A DNA stretch of 63,339 nucleotides, filler included, from Stramenopiles sp. TOSAG23-2 (Eukaryota): the NCBI GenBank assembly GCA_900128395.1. It is 9 parts of 9 records of this genome, joined end to end, with 100 filler letters (N's around TTAATTAATTAA, not from the genome) between each part and the next. Parts side by side here need not be neighbours in the genome. Positions count along the whole stretch, not along the records: positions 1 to 25,938 come from LT649443.1; positions 26,039 to 51,924 come from LT649444.1; 7 more parts are not named here. The stretch is one strand, 5' to 3'. Of the stretch, positions 21,709-32,457 are shown piece after piece (the stretch's first letter is position 1; the number at the start of each line of letters is the position of its first letter). The notes under the pieces are model-generated. The model made no database searches. It was not told where the DNA came from and saw only the letters and a list, made by a program, of their open reading frames with translations. Made by a program: the position numbers and the translations under genes.

Positions 21709-22797
21709 CTAATCATCATCATCATCATCTTTATTTCCTGCTGCTGCAGTGCTGCTTAAATATGTAAGACCTCTTACCACTACACCTGCTACCCAACCTA
21801 CTGTACCGACCCAGCGGTGTTCATCGGGTACTCCAACTACTTCACTCACTTCATTTGCATAATATGCACTTCTTGCATCAGTTCCATAATATCCCATCAT
21901 AAATCCAGTCCCAGCAGCAGCAACAAGACCACCAGTATATGCGATTCTTTCAGTTGTTGACATGCCTTCCCAATTCCGTTCACCAGCTAATCCAGCAAGC
22001 ACATTTTCAAAATATGTACGTTCCTCTTGCGTTAATATTTCTGCAGGTGGTGCAGATGGATTTGTATCTAAAAATTCATTTAATCTAGCTCTATTAAATT
22101 CCAAGGATTGGCGGCATACAGGACATGTTGGTTCGACATTTGCATTATTACTATTATTACGGCATTGCCTTATCCATTGTGTCAAACAACGTGCATGAAA
22201 ATAATGATGTCTGCCACCAGCACCAGCACATCGCATACACGCATCGTCATTTGTGAGATTCTCCATACAAACAGGACATTCATGCTCTTCTTCCTCCTCC
22301 TCGTGGTGCTCTAATTGATCATTATTACTATTTATACTATTTACAGAAGACATTGGTGGTGCAGACGGGATGATTGGAGGATCAAGATTATCATTATTAT
22401 TATTTTCTATATTTGATAAAACCATTGAACGAAATTTTTCACTAGTAGAAAATAAATATTGAACAAGATTATTATCATTTTGAAACGCATCGTATACCCT
22501 AGAGTCAAATAAAAAGTTAATTTCATCACCAAGATTATTCAATAATCCACTTGCTATTTCTACAAGATGATCTGGATTTTCATTTGATGTTAACATCAAA
22601 CCATTTGTTGGGTTTAAAGGATTTCGTAAAATTAATCCAAAACTATTATTAATAGTTTCAATTACTATAACTGTTCCATCTAATATTTCAAATATAATAT
22701 TTTCATTATTACCAATTTGTACAGGTTGTGCAGAAAGTTGCACAGGTAGTTGATTTGAATTATTATTATTATCATTATTCAGTTTACTCTTACTCAT
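21709..22797 (-). CDS. RING-H2 E3 ubiquitin ligase with C-terminal Gly-rich hydrophobic segments
   Basis: CPVC...C...HYFHARC...W...CPVC, followed by two hydrophobic helices (GGLVAAAGTGFMMG; VGTVGWVAGVVVRGL). Confidence 0.85.
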   Translation of the reverse strand: MSKSKLNNDNNNNSNQLPVQLSAQPVQIGNNENIIFEILDGTVIVIETINNSFGLILRNPLNPTNGLMLTSNENPDHLVEIASGLLNNLGDEINFLFDSRVYDAFQNDNNLVQYLFSTSEKFRSMVLSNIENNNNDNLDPPIIPSAPPMSSVNSINSNNDQLEHHEEEEEEHECPVCMENLTNDDACMRCAGAGGRHHYFHARCLTQWIRQCRNNSNNANVEPTCPVCRQSLEFNRARLNEFLDTNPSAPPAEILTQEERTYFENVLAGLAGERNWEGMSTTERIAYTGGLVAAAGTGFMMGYYGTDARSAYYANEVSEVVGVPDEHRWVGTVGWVAGVVVRGLTYLSSTAAAGNKDDDDDD

Positions 22798-23717
22798 CTT
22801 TATATTTTATATATTTTGCAATCTTCTGTGATTATATATACGATTCCTCCTTGATGTTGATATTTTCAAATCTTTATACATTTCAATTTTCTATGTGGTA
22901 AAACTTTCTACTTTTTTAAATATAATATAATAAAAATATTAAAAAAATGCACAATTGGCACCAGCACAATACATGTAAAATGATTGCCAGGTGCCAGGAT
23001 TGCTGGATTGCCAGATTGCTGAATTGCCAGGATTGCCTATCGAGATGAAGATGTGTGATCTCGTGGGAGATCGATGGAGGTCCCATTTAACATCACAGCT
23101 TCTTTCTTATACTTGTTACTATAATAACAATACTCCTAACACCAGGTGGTAGACAATTCTAGCAATGGGTTCTTTCTGTGTGGGGAGTTTTAAATTTTTT
23201 GCCAAATATAGATCAGACGCACACGAAGGAAATAGTTTAAAATGTTGACTGGCCAGGATTTGTTTTTTTAACAGGCGTATTGCCATCGTATCGATAGATC
23301 GAACTAAATATCCAAACATGTATACTAATGGTATGTACATACAGTATATATATTTTATCTAAAACGATAATGTATATACACAAAAAAAATATATACCCAA
23401 ATCATTGATGAGATACGCTAGAAGATTTCTGGAGATACGATTTAAAGCAAATAGAAGAAACGTAAAACGCAAAATAGAAAAATTTTTAGATGGTAAAGCT
23501 ATAATACCAATTGAACCTGTGTGCTTGAGACAGAAAGATTAAAAATGTATGTTATGTATATTATATATATATACGAAGTATATATACATAAGAGAACATT
23601 TTATATACAGTATAGAATATGAGATATCATAGTAAAAATTTTGTATACGAATTTATATTTTTATAACCCACTGTTTTTTACTTGGCCATAATACTTACTA
23701 CTACAGTACTTGTAGTA

Positions 23718-25053
23718 CAGGGTGGGATTTTTGTTCGTCAATTTTGAGCTAGCCAGTCAGCCATTGCAAACCCTAATTTAACCGCTTATTTCAACATAAA
23801 AAAAATGTTTTTATTTGTGTCACTTTGGTAGATTTTCCTTTTCCTTAAAAGTGGCTCAAAATTGCACAACTGTGTCATGCTGTGTTGTGCTAGAATTTTT
23901 TGCCTAAGGGAAATAGAAATTAAAACAAACTAAATTTAAACTTGTTTTTCAATATACTACTAAGTATAATTTTATTCTATATATATAAATTTTATTGGCT
24001 CAAATTCAACAATTCTGTGCAATTGCTCAATGACGGAAATTTTATATAAAACAATTATTATTACTTGTTACTGTATTAATATTATATAGGAAATTATACT
24101 TTTTTTATACCGCCAATAATATATTTTCACTTTCTACAAAGTATCTATACCGCCCTCCGGAAGAAAACAAATGCACTTAATCATTTACATCTTCTACGCG
24201 TATACAAAACTTACCAACGACTAATACTTACTACTTCTACTTACCAATACGACGTACCGTTCTTCAAAAACATATTATTTAAATATTAAATTACAGTCAA
24301 CTTTGTTTTATAAAGTTAACATTTGAATATATATTTGTTGTTAGTAATGTTAATGCCATTTCTAATATCAATGAAGTACTCCTTTGGTTAATATCTGTTG
24401 AAAATAAATGCTTTTCATTTATTTTATAAACGTGCGTGGGGAACTTACCTAACAAAATACTTACCTACAATAAACCAGATTTTCGATTTGTCTTTCGAGA
24501 AGAAGAATAATCGCGTTTAGTTATTGCGAATATATAGTCGCAAGTAATATCCTTTTCTTTGTTTTGATATCTATATGTCTGTGTGTATATATTAATGTCT
24601 ACATATATATATATATATGTTTAAGTGTTTCATATGATGTCTTTAGTTTTTAATTTTTTTTGTAGCCAATTTCTTGATGCTATGTACCTGCTAATTTTCA
24701 TGATTGTGACGTTTTTGACTTAGTGATTTTTTTAAAATTGACAAGTTAAACATTTTGGATGAGATAAATTTTTGCAATGGTAACACGTGTATTTTTTTGA
24801 GAAAAAATCCTAACTGCCAAAAAATAATACAATTTAACGGTCAAGATGGATTTTGAAGTTTAAAATCAGCGCTTTGATATTTTATTTGCTCTATGAAATG
24901 ATTCTTAGTATACATTAAGTATAAAAATAAAAAAGTGTAAAATGAGTGTTAAGAGTAGGGTTCATAGGTGCCTGGATGACATTGTGCAATCCTCGTTATT
25001 TTCATGCTATTGTGTGCAATTATATGCAATGGTTGATAAAAAATCCCACCCTG
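23718..25053. mobile_element. Non-autonomous Tc1/mariner-like DNA transposon (MITE or internally deleted), 1336 bp
   Basis: Perfect 15-bp terminal inverted repeat CAGGGTGGGATTTTT (23718-23732) / AAAAATCCCACCCTG (25039-25053), flanked by TA on both sides (23716-17, 25054-55). Shared subterminal TCARCCATTGCA. No transposase ORF inside. Confidence 0.75.
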
Positions 25054-25351
25054 TATAAATGTACGCCAGTACGCTGTATACAGTACAGTATAGGTATTTG
25101 TAAAGCTATTGATTATAGAGGCCGAAACGACCGATTGAAGAAAAAAGTGGACAGTGGAAAGTGGAGGTCAAAAAAATACTGGGGGGGGTACAATGTGAAT
25201 TGAATTGGAAACAGAAGAACAGATTAATAGATAGATATAGATAGATAGAGATAGATAGATCATACATGTGTGCTTGTATATTTACAATATCTACAAGATT
25301 ATTTTGTAAAGAATACCCATATTGTTAACTTTACATCGTACATGTATAATC

Positions 25352-25622
25352 ATGACTACTGAATTAAAAAAAGAATCAAAAAATCAACGTAAATCCGATA
25401 AAAAAAGTTGTGCTGGTTTGCATGGTGTACATGGACCAGTACAAAGATATTTGACACTCAAAGATGGACAAAAATTTCTTTGCACATCAGGTAGCCCTTT
25501 ATCCTTTGATTGGCGCGATTTGCCGAATAATTTTCCTATCACGTTTCCAGCCCATGAGTTTGTTGATATTTTAAGAAAGAATAAAATATGGGTATCTGCT
25601 GATATTGAGGAATTTAAAGGAA
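25352..25622 (+). CDS. First exon of an uncharacterised gene; remainder not resolved before the scaffold ends
   Basis: ATG at 25352, protein-like MTTELKKE...SADIEEFKG, then a GTATGT donor at 25623. The scaffold ends at 25938. Confidence 0.5.
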
Positions 25623-25938
25623 GTATGTATAGACTATTATATAAATGTTCTTTTCTATATGTCGTATGTATAACTATTATTGCTACGAATGCCACAGACA
25701 GGAATGTGCGCGAATAAAATAAACTTTTGTACAACAATTAGTTGCATTAGTAAGCGTATAAGCCCAAAATAGCTCTAGCTGGCGGCTAGCGACTAAACGG
25801 ATAATACAATACTAGCAACTTATATCTGCGGAAGAAAAATAGGAGCAAAACAAAGTAATATTTTTTTTGAATTCTTCTCTCAAGTACAAAAAATACCTAA
25901 TCTGGCCTATCAAATATATCAAACACTACAAATCTACT

Positions 25939-26038
25939 NNNNNNNNNNNNNNNNNNNNNNNNNNNNNNNNNNNNNNNNNNNNTTAATTAATTAANNNNNN
26001 NNNNNNNNNNNNNNNNNNNNNNNNNNNNNNNNNNNNNN
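25939..26038. other. Artificial 100-nt scaffold linker (N-TTAATTAATTAA-N); identical linkers at 51925-52024, 53558-53657, 55190-55289, 56822-56921, 58453-58552, 60083-60182 and 61712-61811
   Basis: The 12-mer gives stops in all six frames, the length is fixed at 100 nt, and the pieces between linkers decrease in length. Confidence 0.97.
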
Positions 26039-26155
26039 GAGTTTTATTAATATTGTTAGAAATCGAATCAAATCCATGGTCGATTGAGTGTGTTTATATG
26101 TGTTTATTCATTTTTATAGAATGTAAAATATGATATTATGACTATCATATCATAG

Positions 26156-26376
26156 TGACTACATATGATGCTCAACATGGTTTTGGTGGTTTTGGTGGTG
26201 GTCTTCAAGGGTACCAAGAATACATTGTCAAAACTGTTATAAATGCAAGTACCATGAATGCTGGACAATCAAAAGTTACGGACGTATCCTATGTAGAGAA
26301 CGCTGCCATTGCTGAAAAAGCGGGCCTGGACGCAAATTTCATATTAAAAAATTGGCATTGGTATTCTTTTACGTAG
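26156..26376 (+). CDS. Terminal exon of an uncharacterised gene (5' part missing)
   Basis: CATAG acceptor at 26154-55, then an open frame TTYDAQHGFGGFGGGLQGYQEY...WHWYSFT-stop at the start of the scaffold. Confidence 0.5.
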
Positions 26377-26532
26377 GTAAATGTATAAAATGTACGTACG
26401 AACCGGTACGAATCGTACTTTGGGTAAAACATACGAACAATAAAAAAAAAAACAATGCGTTTTATCTCGCTCAATAATTTCATTTTTACGAGCTTCGTAT
26501 AATTTTTCAAAAAATATATTTTTAAAAAGGGT

Positions 26533-28392
26533 TTAAAGCCTCGCGGTATAATTATTATTCGTATTATTACTCTTCTTCATCATACCACTACCGTATTCTG
26601 AAACAATGTATTTTCCACATTTTTTCCCAATCATCATTATAGCCGTATTAATATTGCCAGATGTGCAAAATGGCAAGACACTTGCATCTGCAATTCTTAA
26701 TCCATCGATTCCTTTTACCTTTAATTTTGAATCACATACTGCATTTGGATTATTATGTACATCTCCCATGCAACATGTACCGCAATGATGCCACGTTGAT
26801 CCAGTATCTTTTCGTAAATATTCTTTTAATAAATCATCATTATCTAACACTTCCTTCGATAATGTTGCTTGTTGAATGATTTTTTGTAAGGACGGTTGTT
26901 GACTTATTTTATAGGCTTCACGTAAACCATGCATCATTGCATTTAAATCATTTTCATTTTCAAACATATTTGGATCAATATTTGGTTTATCATGTGGGTC
27001 ATTTGAATTTAATGTTAATTGCCCACGTGATCGACATAAATTTAACATAACTACAATTGCAATAACTTGTGGTGGTACAACATTTTCTGTTAATCGCTCC
27101 TGTTCTTGTGCTTTTTCGATTAAAATTTGTCGTATTAACGTTTTATCATGATTCCATAGTTCTGGATTATCCGTGGCAATAGCAGTAAAAAATTTACGCG
27201 TAGAAGAGACAAAACCAGATGAAAGATTCAATTGTAAATCACATCCATATTTTATGTTGTCTCTTTTTTCATCTGCAATAATACTTGGACTTTGTATGTA
27301 ACCAAGCGATTGAACAGCAGCATATTCTAATTCTCGATTCGTATTTAAAGATACCTCTGGTTTTAACATAAATGCTATTACAGAACTTGGATGATCTTGT
27401 AAATTCCGACCGACACCTTGTAAATCAACTTTACATGGAATATCTAGACGATTTAATTCCTTTCGTGGTCCTATACCACTTAATTGCAAAATTTGAGGAG
27501 TATTAATACTACCTGCACTTAATACAATTTCTTTTGCACAATATAAATTGAAAATTTCATCAAATTGCTCAATTTCAATACCTATGGCTTTATTATTATT
27601 TTCATTTAAAAGTACCTTTCGAACAAATGTATTTGATAAAATATGAAAATTATCTTTTCTACAAATTGGCTCGCAGAAACAATTAAATGCATCTTGACGA
27701 CGATGTGATAATGGGGAGACTTGATGTTGTGATAGTGAAAAACCAGCTTGACCATGTGAACCATTGTAATCAATATTTCTGGCATAACCAGCTTCCACAC
27801 CAGCTTTTACAAATGAAACAGCATCTTGTTTTGGTGGATATGGTATATTTACTTCCAACTCTCCATTCGTTCCTCTTGATGATATTGTCGTGGAAGATGA
27901 TAATCCAAGTCTATCAGCATCTACTTTTTCAAGCTCTTTAAATTCCGTTAATACAGATTTATATGACCAATCTTCACCAAGTCCATATTGATATGCAAAC
28001 CTGTTGTAATCTTCAGGGCTGCCACGTACATATATCAAATGATTTATCGAGCTGGAACCACCAAGTGTTTTTCCACGTTCTGCAGGTAATATTTTATTAT
28101 TCAAATGTTTTTGCGGCACAGTATTATAATGCCAATCCGCTTCTGTTCTCCATAATTTATGACTATTACGTGGTATTCGTATTAAAGATGAATTTTGTAA
28201 TTCTTCACCAGCTTCAATTAATAATACGGAGCAATTCGCTTTCGCCAATTCACTAGCACATACACATCCAGCAGATCCTGCACCAACGACTATGAAATCA
28301 AACGTTGAGTTATGTTCAATTTTATTATGAAACCTATGTTCACGTTCTGATATTGGAATTTGTGGATTATCTGGTTCTGGCCGTACTTCCAT
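26533..28392 (-). CDS. GMC oxidoreductase (choline dehydrogenase / glucose oxidase family)
   Basis: FDFIVVGAGSAGCV FAD motif, RGKTLGGSSSIN, LSAGSINTPQILQLSGIGP, VGRNLQDH, and the catalytic His/Asn pair WHHCGTC / SGNINT. Confidence 0.95.
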   Translation of the reverse strand: MEVRPEPDNPQIPISEREHRFHNKIEHNSTFDFIVVGAGSAGCVCASELAKANCSVLLIEAGEELQNSSLIRIPRNSHKLWRTEADWHYNTVPQKHLNNKILPAERGKTLGGSSSINHLIYVRGSPEDYNRFAYQYGLGEDWSYKSVLTEFKELEKVDADRLGLSSSTTISSRGTNGELEVNIPYPPKQDAVSFVKAGVEAGYARNIDYNGSHGQAGFSLSQHQVSPLSHRRQDAFNCFCEPICRKDNFHILSNTFVRKVLLNENNNKAIGIEIEQFDEIFNLYCAKEIVLSAGSINTPQILQLSGIGPRKELNRLDIPCKVDLQGVGRNLQDHPSSVIAFMLKPEVSLNTNRELEYAAVQSLGYIQSPSIIADEKRDNIKYGCDLQLNLSSGFVSSTRKFFTAIATDNPELWNHDKTLIRQILIEKAQEQERLTENVVPPQVIAIVVMLNLCRSRGQLTLNSNDPHDKPNIDPNMFENENDLNAMMHGLREAYKISQQPSLQKIIQQATLSKEVLDNDDLLKEYLRKDTGSTWHHCGTCCMGDVHNNPNAVCDSKLKVKGIDGLRIADASVLPFCTSGNINTAIMMIGKKCGKYIVSEYGSGMMKKSNNTNNNYTARL

Positions 28393-28822
28393 TATTTTTA
28401 TATTTTTTTATATTTTTTTACTAGATACCAAATGTATTACTGTTATTGGTCAAAGGCGGTTAAAATGGTTGTAAATATGAATGTAGGAAGTATTATTGAC
28501 TCGAATTGTACTTGTTTGGTTTTTTTTTTACTTTACAGCAGATGCATTGTATACAACAAACGCCTTTCATAAATCAATTTTATTATAAAATAATGGGCAA
28601 AAATGTTCGATGTGGTTAGACGATCATCTTTGCCATCCGATTTTGTACTTAATATCGATTTTAAGTATACTATATATATTCGTCTATCAAAATCATAATG
28701 TATTAATATAGACACAGCACTATTCTAATAATAATCCTTAAAACTATTATACTCTCCACAACAAAATCGCCTCTTTGGGGTGCCTTGTTCCCTCTACACT
28801 TCAATCACACACATCTATTGCA

Positions 28823-30580
28823 CTATTCTTTACCATCACGCATTTGAATTTCTGCTTTAAACACTATATCGCTATGCCTCCCAACTGGTTTCCCTAGTAA
28901 ACAACCACCACCAGTCTCACCGCCTATAACATACAATTCATCGCCTACGATCGATACCAACGGATAATTATTACCAATTGGTAACGGGTCTGTCCAGAAA
29001 AATTGATCTTTTAAAATGTCATAAACCATCACACCATTTGAATAAGCCCAGATATTTACATCATTATTTAAATATGGCATTCCTGTGTATTTTAGTTCCT
29101 CTTGTGTTTTTACTATATTGTTCACAACAGCAGATTTATACCCATATCCACCAACTAAAAATATATACCTGTCTTTATAAACTTTACTAGGTGCTCTACT
29201 ATTGCCAAACATAGCAGGAGTATCTGCTAATCTCGTCCATGATTTTGTTGTTAATGAAAATTTCCAATTATCAATAACAGATTTAAATGTATTTGTATCG
29301 CCAAAACTAGTTCCTTCAGTTGCACCACCAATCACATAGATTGTATCTTTGACACACATAGCTGAATGAATAAATCGTGGTGTACCTGGTAAATTAGGTA
29401 GCCTTGTCCATGCTTCGTGTTGTGGACGCGTATCATCTCCATCAGAAGATGGAATATTGTATTGCCAAAGAAAACCAGCTAAACCTTTATTTTCTTTATT
29501 CCTATCCCAGTTTGTATGAAACTGGTTGGAATCATAATCAGAACCACCAAAAACAAATATATGCTTCTCATCACCATTTTGACATGCAATCATTTGACTA
29601 AATGAACCTTGGGAAGTTGGCAAATCTGGCAATTTTGTCCATTTAAATTTATCATCATTGGAAACAGTTAATTTGTATCCATCCACAAAGCCATATGCAT
29701 TTGACTTTTTTGTTTTAATTTTATCTTTTGCTGCAGAAACTATAAGAGGTGTGTACGAAAACCCACCCCAACAATATAAACTATTTGTATTTTCAACACT
29801 TGCACAATTTACACCTTGACGTGGTTTTCCAGGAAATGGCGCCGCCAAATTTTTCCAACATTGTTTATTCGTCGAATCCAATTTCAACGACCATCCACCA
29901 CCTAAAAAACCACGTATCCCACAGCAATATGCATATCCAAATGCATTGTTACCACCACAAAAACCACCAATTGAAATTATATGACCATTGATATAACCAC
30001 CACCATTGTCTTGCAACCCTTGTGGTAGCGTATTATAATATGAATATTTTAAGCGTATCGGTGACTTATCATAATCCTCAATATTTAAATTTTGTTGGAA
30101 CTTTTTATAACTATTATACCAGCTTTTGTTATTATCTATATCTATTCCTACACATGTATCTTTCTGCAGCTCTACACCGACTCTATCAAACTGCCCAATT
30201 AAACTAACGCCACTATCGTCTCCACAAAATTTATTGCCATTTCCTTTCGAATATGTTGCTTTTTCGTTCTGATAACATACAAGAGCTTGTTGATCTTTCG
30301 GCCCAGAATCAATTTTTAAATCTCCAATAACAGTTACAACAGATTCTCTTACATTTGTCATCATTTTCTTTCTAAGCATAACAGAGTTTCCATTATGACC
30401 CACAAACTGAAATTCCATTGTGATGGCACCATAATATATAACAAATACAAAAAAAAACATACAAAATGTTCGTGTTAAGGTTCTCGTACATCCTTGCAAA
30501 CACGAAAGTATACTAACCATAACCATATCAATAACTATATAAATACTAACGTTGAAAAAGATAATATAGGTATTATTCAT
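28823..30580 (-). CDS. Kelch-repeat beta-propeller protein with N-terminal membrane anchor (NanM/galactose-oxidase-like repeats)
   Basis: Repeated IYVIGG/LYCWGG/IFVFGG...W..L..LP motifs and a hydrophobic N-terminal segment. The true start may be a downstream Met. Confidence 0.85.
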   Translation of the reverse strand: MNNTYIIFFNVSIYIVIDMVMVSILSCLQGCTRTLTRTFCMFFFVFVIYYGAITMEFQFVGHNGNSVMLRKKMMTNVRESVVTVIGDLKIDSGPKDQQALVCYQNEKATYSKGNGNKFCGDDSGVSLIGQFDRVGVELQKDTCVGIDIDNNKSWYNSYKKFQQNLNIEDYDKSPIRLKYSYYNTLPQGLQDNGGGYINGHIISIGGFCGGNNAFGYAYCCGIRGFLGGGWSLKLDSTNKQCWKNLAAPFPGKPRQGVNCASVENTNSLYCWGGFSYTPLIVSAAKDKIKTKKSNAYGFVDGYKLTVSNDDKFKWTKLPDLPTSQGSFSQMIACQNGDEKHIFVFGGSDYDSNQFHTNWDRNKENKGLAGFLWQYNIPSSDGDDTRPQHEAWTRLPNLPGTPRFIHSAMCVKDTIYVIGGATEGTSFGDTNTFKSVIDNWKFSLTTKSWTRLADTPAMFGNSRAPSKVYKDRYIFLVGGYGYKSAVVNNIVKTQEELKYTGMPYLNNDVNIWAYSNGVMVYDILKDQFFWTDPLPIGNNYPLVSIVGDELYVIGGETGGGCLLGKPVGRHSDIVFKAEIQMRDGKE

Positions 30581-31322
30581 TCACATAGAAAGAGACACAC
30601 ACGCACACAGACACAAAAATATTGCGTATCAAACGAAGAAAAAAATTCAAAGATGAAAAACACAAATCAATGTAATATTTGAGATAATTTGTCTTTTTCT
30701 TCTATTGTTTTTGTTTATATCTCTTTCCTCTTTTTACCGATAATTACCTGGATTACTATTTTTATGTTGTAATTTTAATAATTATTATTCAAAAAAATAA
30801 TATTTTTTACTTTTTTGGAAGAAGAAGAAGAAGTACTACCTGTAGTTGTTTTCGTGGTGGGTGGTGGGGTGGTGGAACCTCCTAGTGCTATTCATATGCT
30901 ATTTGATCGGAAGAAGAATTATGACAGGGTTGTAGCTTAGTCGAGCTAGCTCGACGCTTCTTCGCAGCGAAGCGAAGAAGCTAGCTGAGCTAGTTGTAGC
31001 TATAAGAAGCTATCGCCTACTGCCTGGCTAGAGCTAAGCTATTGCAATGCTATTCAGCTATATGAACCACTACTGTTGCGAAAAGATGAACCTGGTACTA
31101 TTGGAATAGTACCTGTATACAGACTTTTTTAGAAGTCTGGTATATATCTAGTTGTCTGCATGTATGTATATAGTGCAACCTCATATATGTGCTAGTAGTT
31201 TACGAGGTACCCAAGAAAATAGATATTATACACAATATACGACAACCAAAATCAATTCAAACAAACAAAGGAGGTACAAACGTCTTTTGCTCAACACACA
31301 ACAACATACAACGATAAGAAAG

Positions 31323-32096
31323 ATGTCGACGAATGAAAAGGTACCATCAACAGGTCTTTTTCAAACAAGTCCTCAGGAAACAATTCAAGACATTGATAAT
31401 AATTCAGAACAATTGAACAATACAATGGGTCGAGTTGCAATTATTGGGGCTGGGATTTTCGTTACTGCTTTTACCGTCAATCTAGCTTGGGACGTAGTAT
31501 TAGCCAGAGAAAAATATTTATCTGATAACGGTGTATCGAGATATACTAACTATAACTCTAAATATGTTTTCATGGATCTACTTTTGGATTGTATGAGATT
31601 AGCAAAGCGTAAGTCTAAAGTTGAAAAAACTGCAGCTACTGCTGTCCGGCGTAGGTCTTCGGGAATCACCGGGTTATGCGCAAAAATTGAAAAGACTCTT
31701 GCAAAGAATCAAAAAGATAGTAAATCTAAGAGGATCGTGAGGAAAAATCCTGATTATCTAGTTCCAAGCGTATTTCACTTTCTTTACGAACCGTGGCGTG
31801 TCAACAAATTCCAAAAGAAACTAGTTATGGTGCCCCAAACAGCCGCCAACATGAAGAAAGAGTTGGAAAAAATGAATCAGGAACTAATAAAATTGAGGAA
31901 GAAACATGAACAAATGCATGATCGCGTGCATTATCTGAAGTATTATTACTATCCTTTCTCACAATTTACAACAAACAAGGTGCTTTTGATTGCGTATTTT
32001 TTATGGATAATATGGTTCATACTTTCTAATTTAGAATATAAAAACGTATTTTGTTCATGCGAACCTTTAAGTTTCAGCAACATTACATACAATTGA
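31323..32096 (+). CDS. Uncharacterised membrane protein with two TM segments and a coiled coil
   Basis: First ATG in a good context at 31323 (MSTNEK). TMs VAIIGAGIFVTAFTVNLAW and VLLIAYFLWIIWFIL. Confidence 0.6.
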   Translation: MSTNEKVPSTGLFQTSPQETIQDIDNNSEQLNNTMGRVAIIGAGIFVTAFTVNLAWDVVLAREKYLSDNGVSRYTNYNSKYVFMDLLLDCMRLAKRKSKVEKTAATAVRRRSSGITGLCAKIEKTLAKNQKDSKSKRIVRKNPDYLVPSVFHFLYEPWRVNKFQKKLVMVPQTAANMKKELEKMNQELIKLRKKHEQMHDRVHYLKYYYYPFSQFTTNKVLLIAYFLWIIWFILSNLEYKNVFCSCEPLSFSNITYN

Positions 32097-32457
32097 ACAT
32101 TTTGCATATATATATGGAGGGTACCTATCACACATCAGTGTATATGCATAGTATGTATTAAAATATTGAATTTTTTAATATGATTTTTAAAAATTTTAAA
32201 TGAGGATTGAAAAAGGGAGTGTCAGAGTGTCTTCCAGATTTTGCAAACCGCGTACGGTACAAAAACATAAGACATACGTAATATTATTTTTCGATTTTAG
32301 CGAGCGCTCTCCCTTTAAAAATAAAATACGTGGGTGTGGTTTAAAAAAAATTACGGATGTTCTCCCTTTATTTTAAAAAAAATTTTAATAAACTTTTTTT
32401 TCATATTTTTAATATATACACTCATATCACAATTCGTCGCTCTTTTTCTCCGGTATT

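Noticed and set aside
23165-23542. Coding-looking fragments upstream of the transposon (e.g. MRYARRFLEIRFKANRRNVKRKIEKFLDG)
   Set aside because: Short and interrupted by stops, with no recognisable homology; cannot be called a gene or pseudogene.
25983-25994. Recurrent TTAATTAATTAA between N-runs as a repeat or CRISPR-like array with ~1.6-kb period
   Set aside because: It is a six-frame-stop assembly linker, and the periodicity comes from size-sorted contigs.
25352-26376. Joining exon 25352-25622 to exon 26156-26376 gives an in-frame product (FKG-M-TTYDAQ)
   Set aside because: The two pieces lie on different scaffolds separated by an artificial linker; phase agreement has a 1-in-3 chance.
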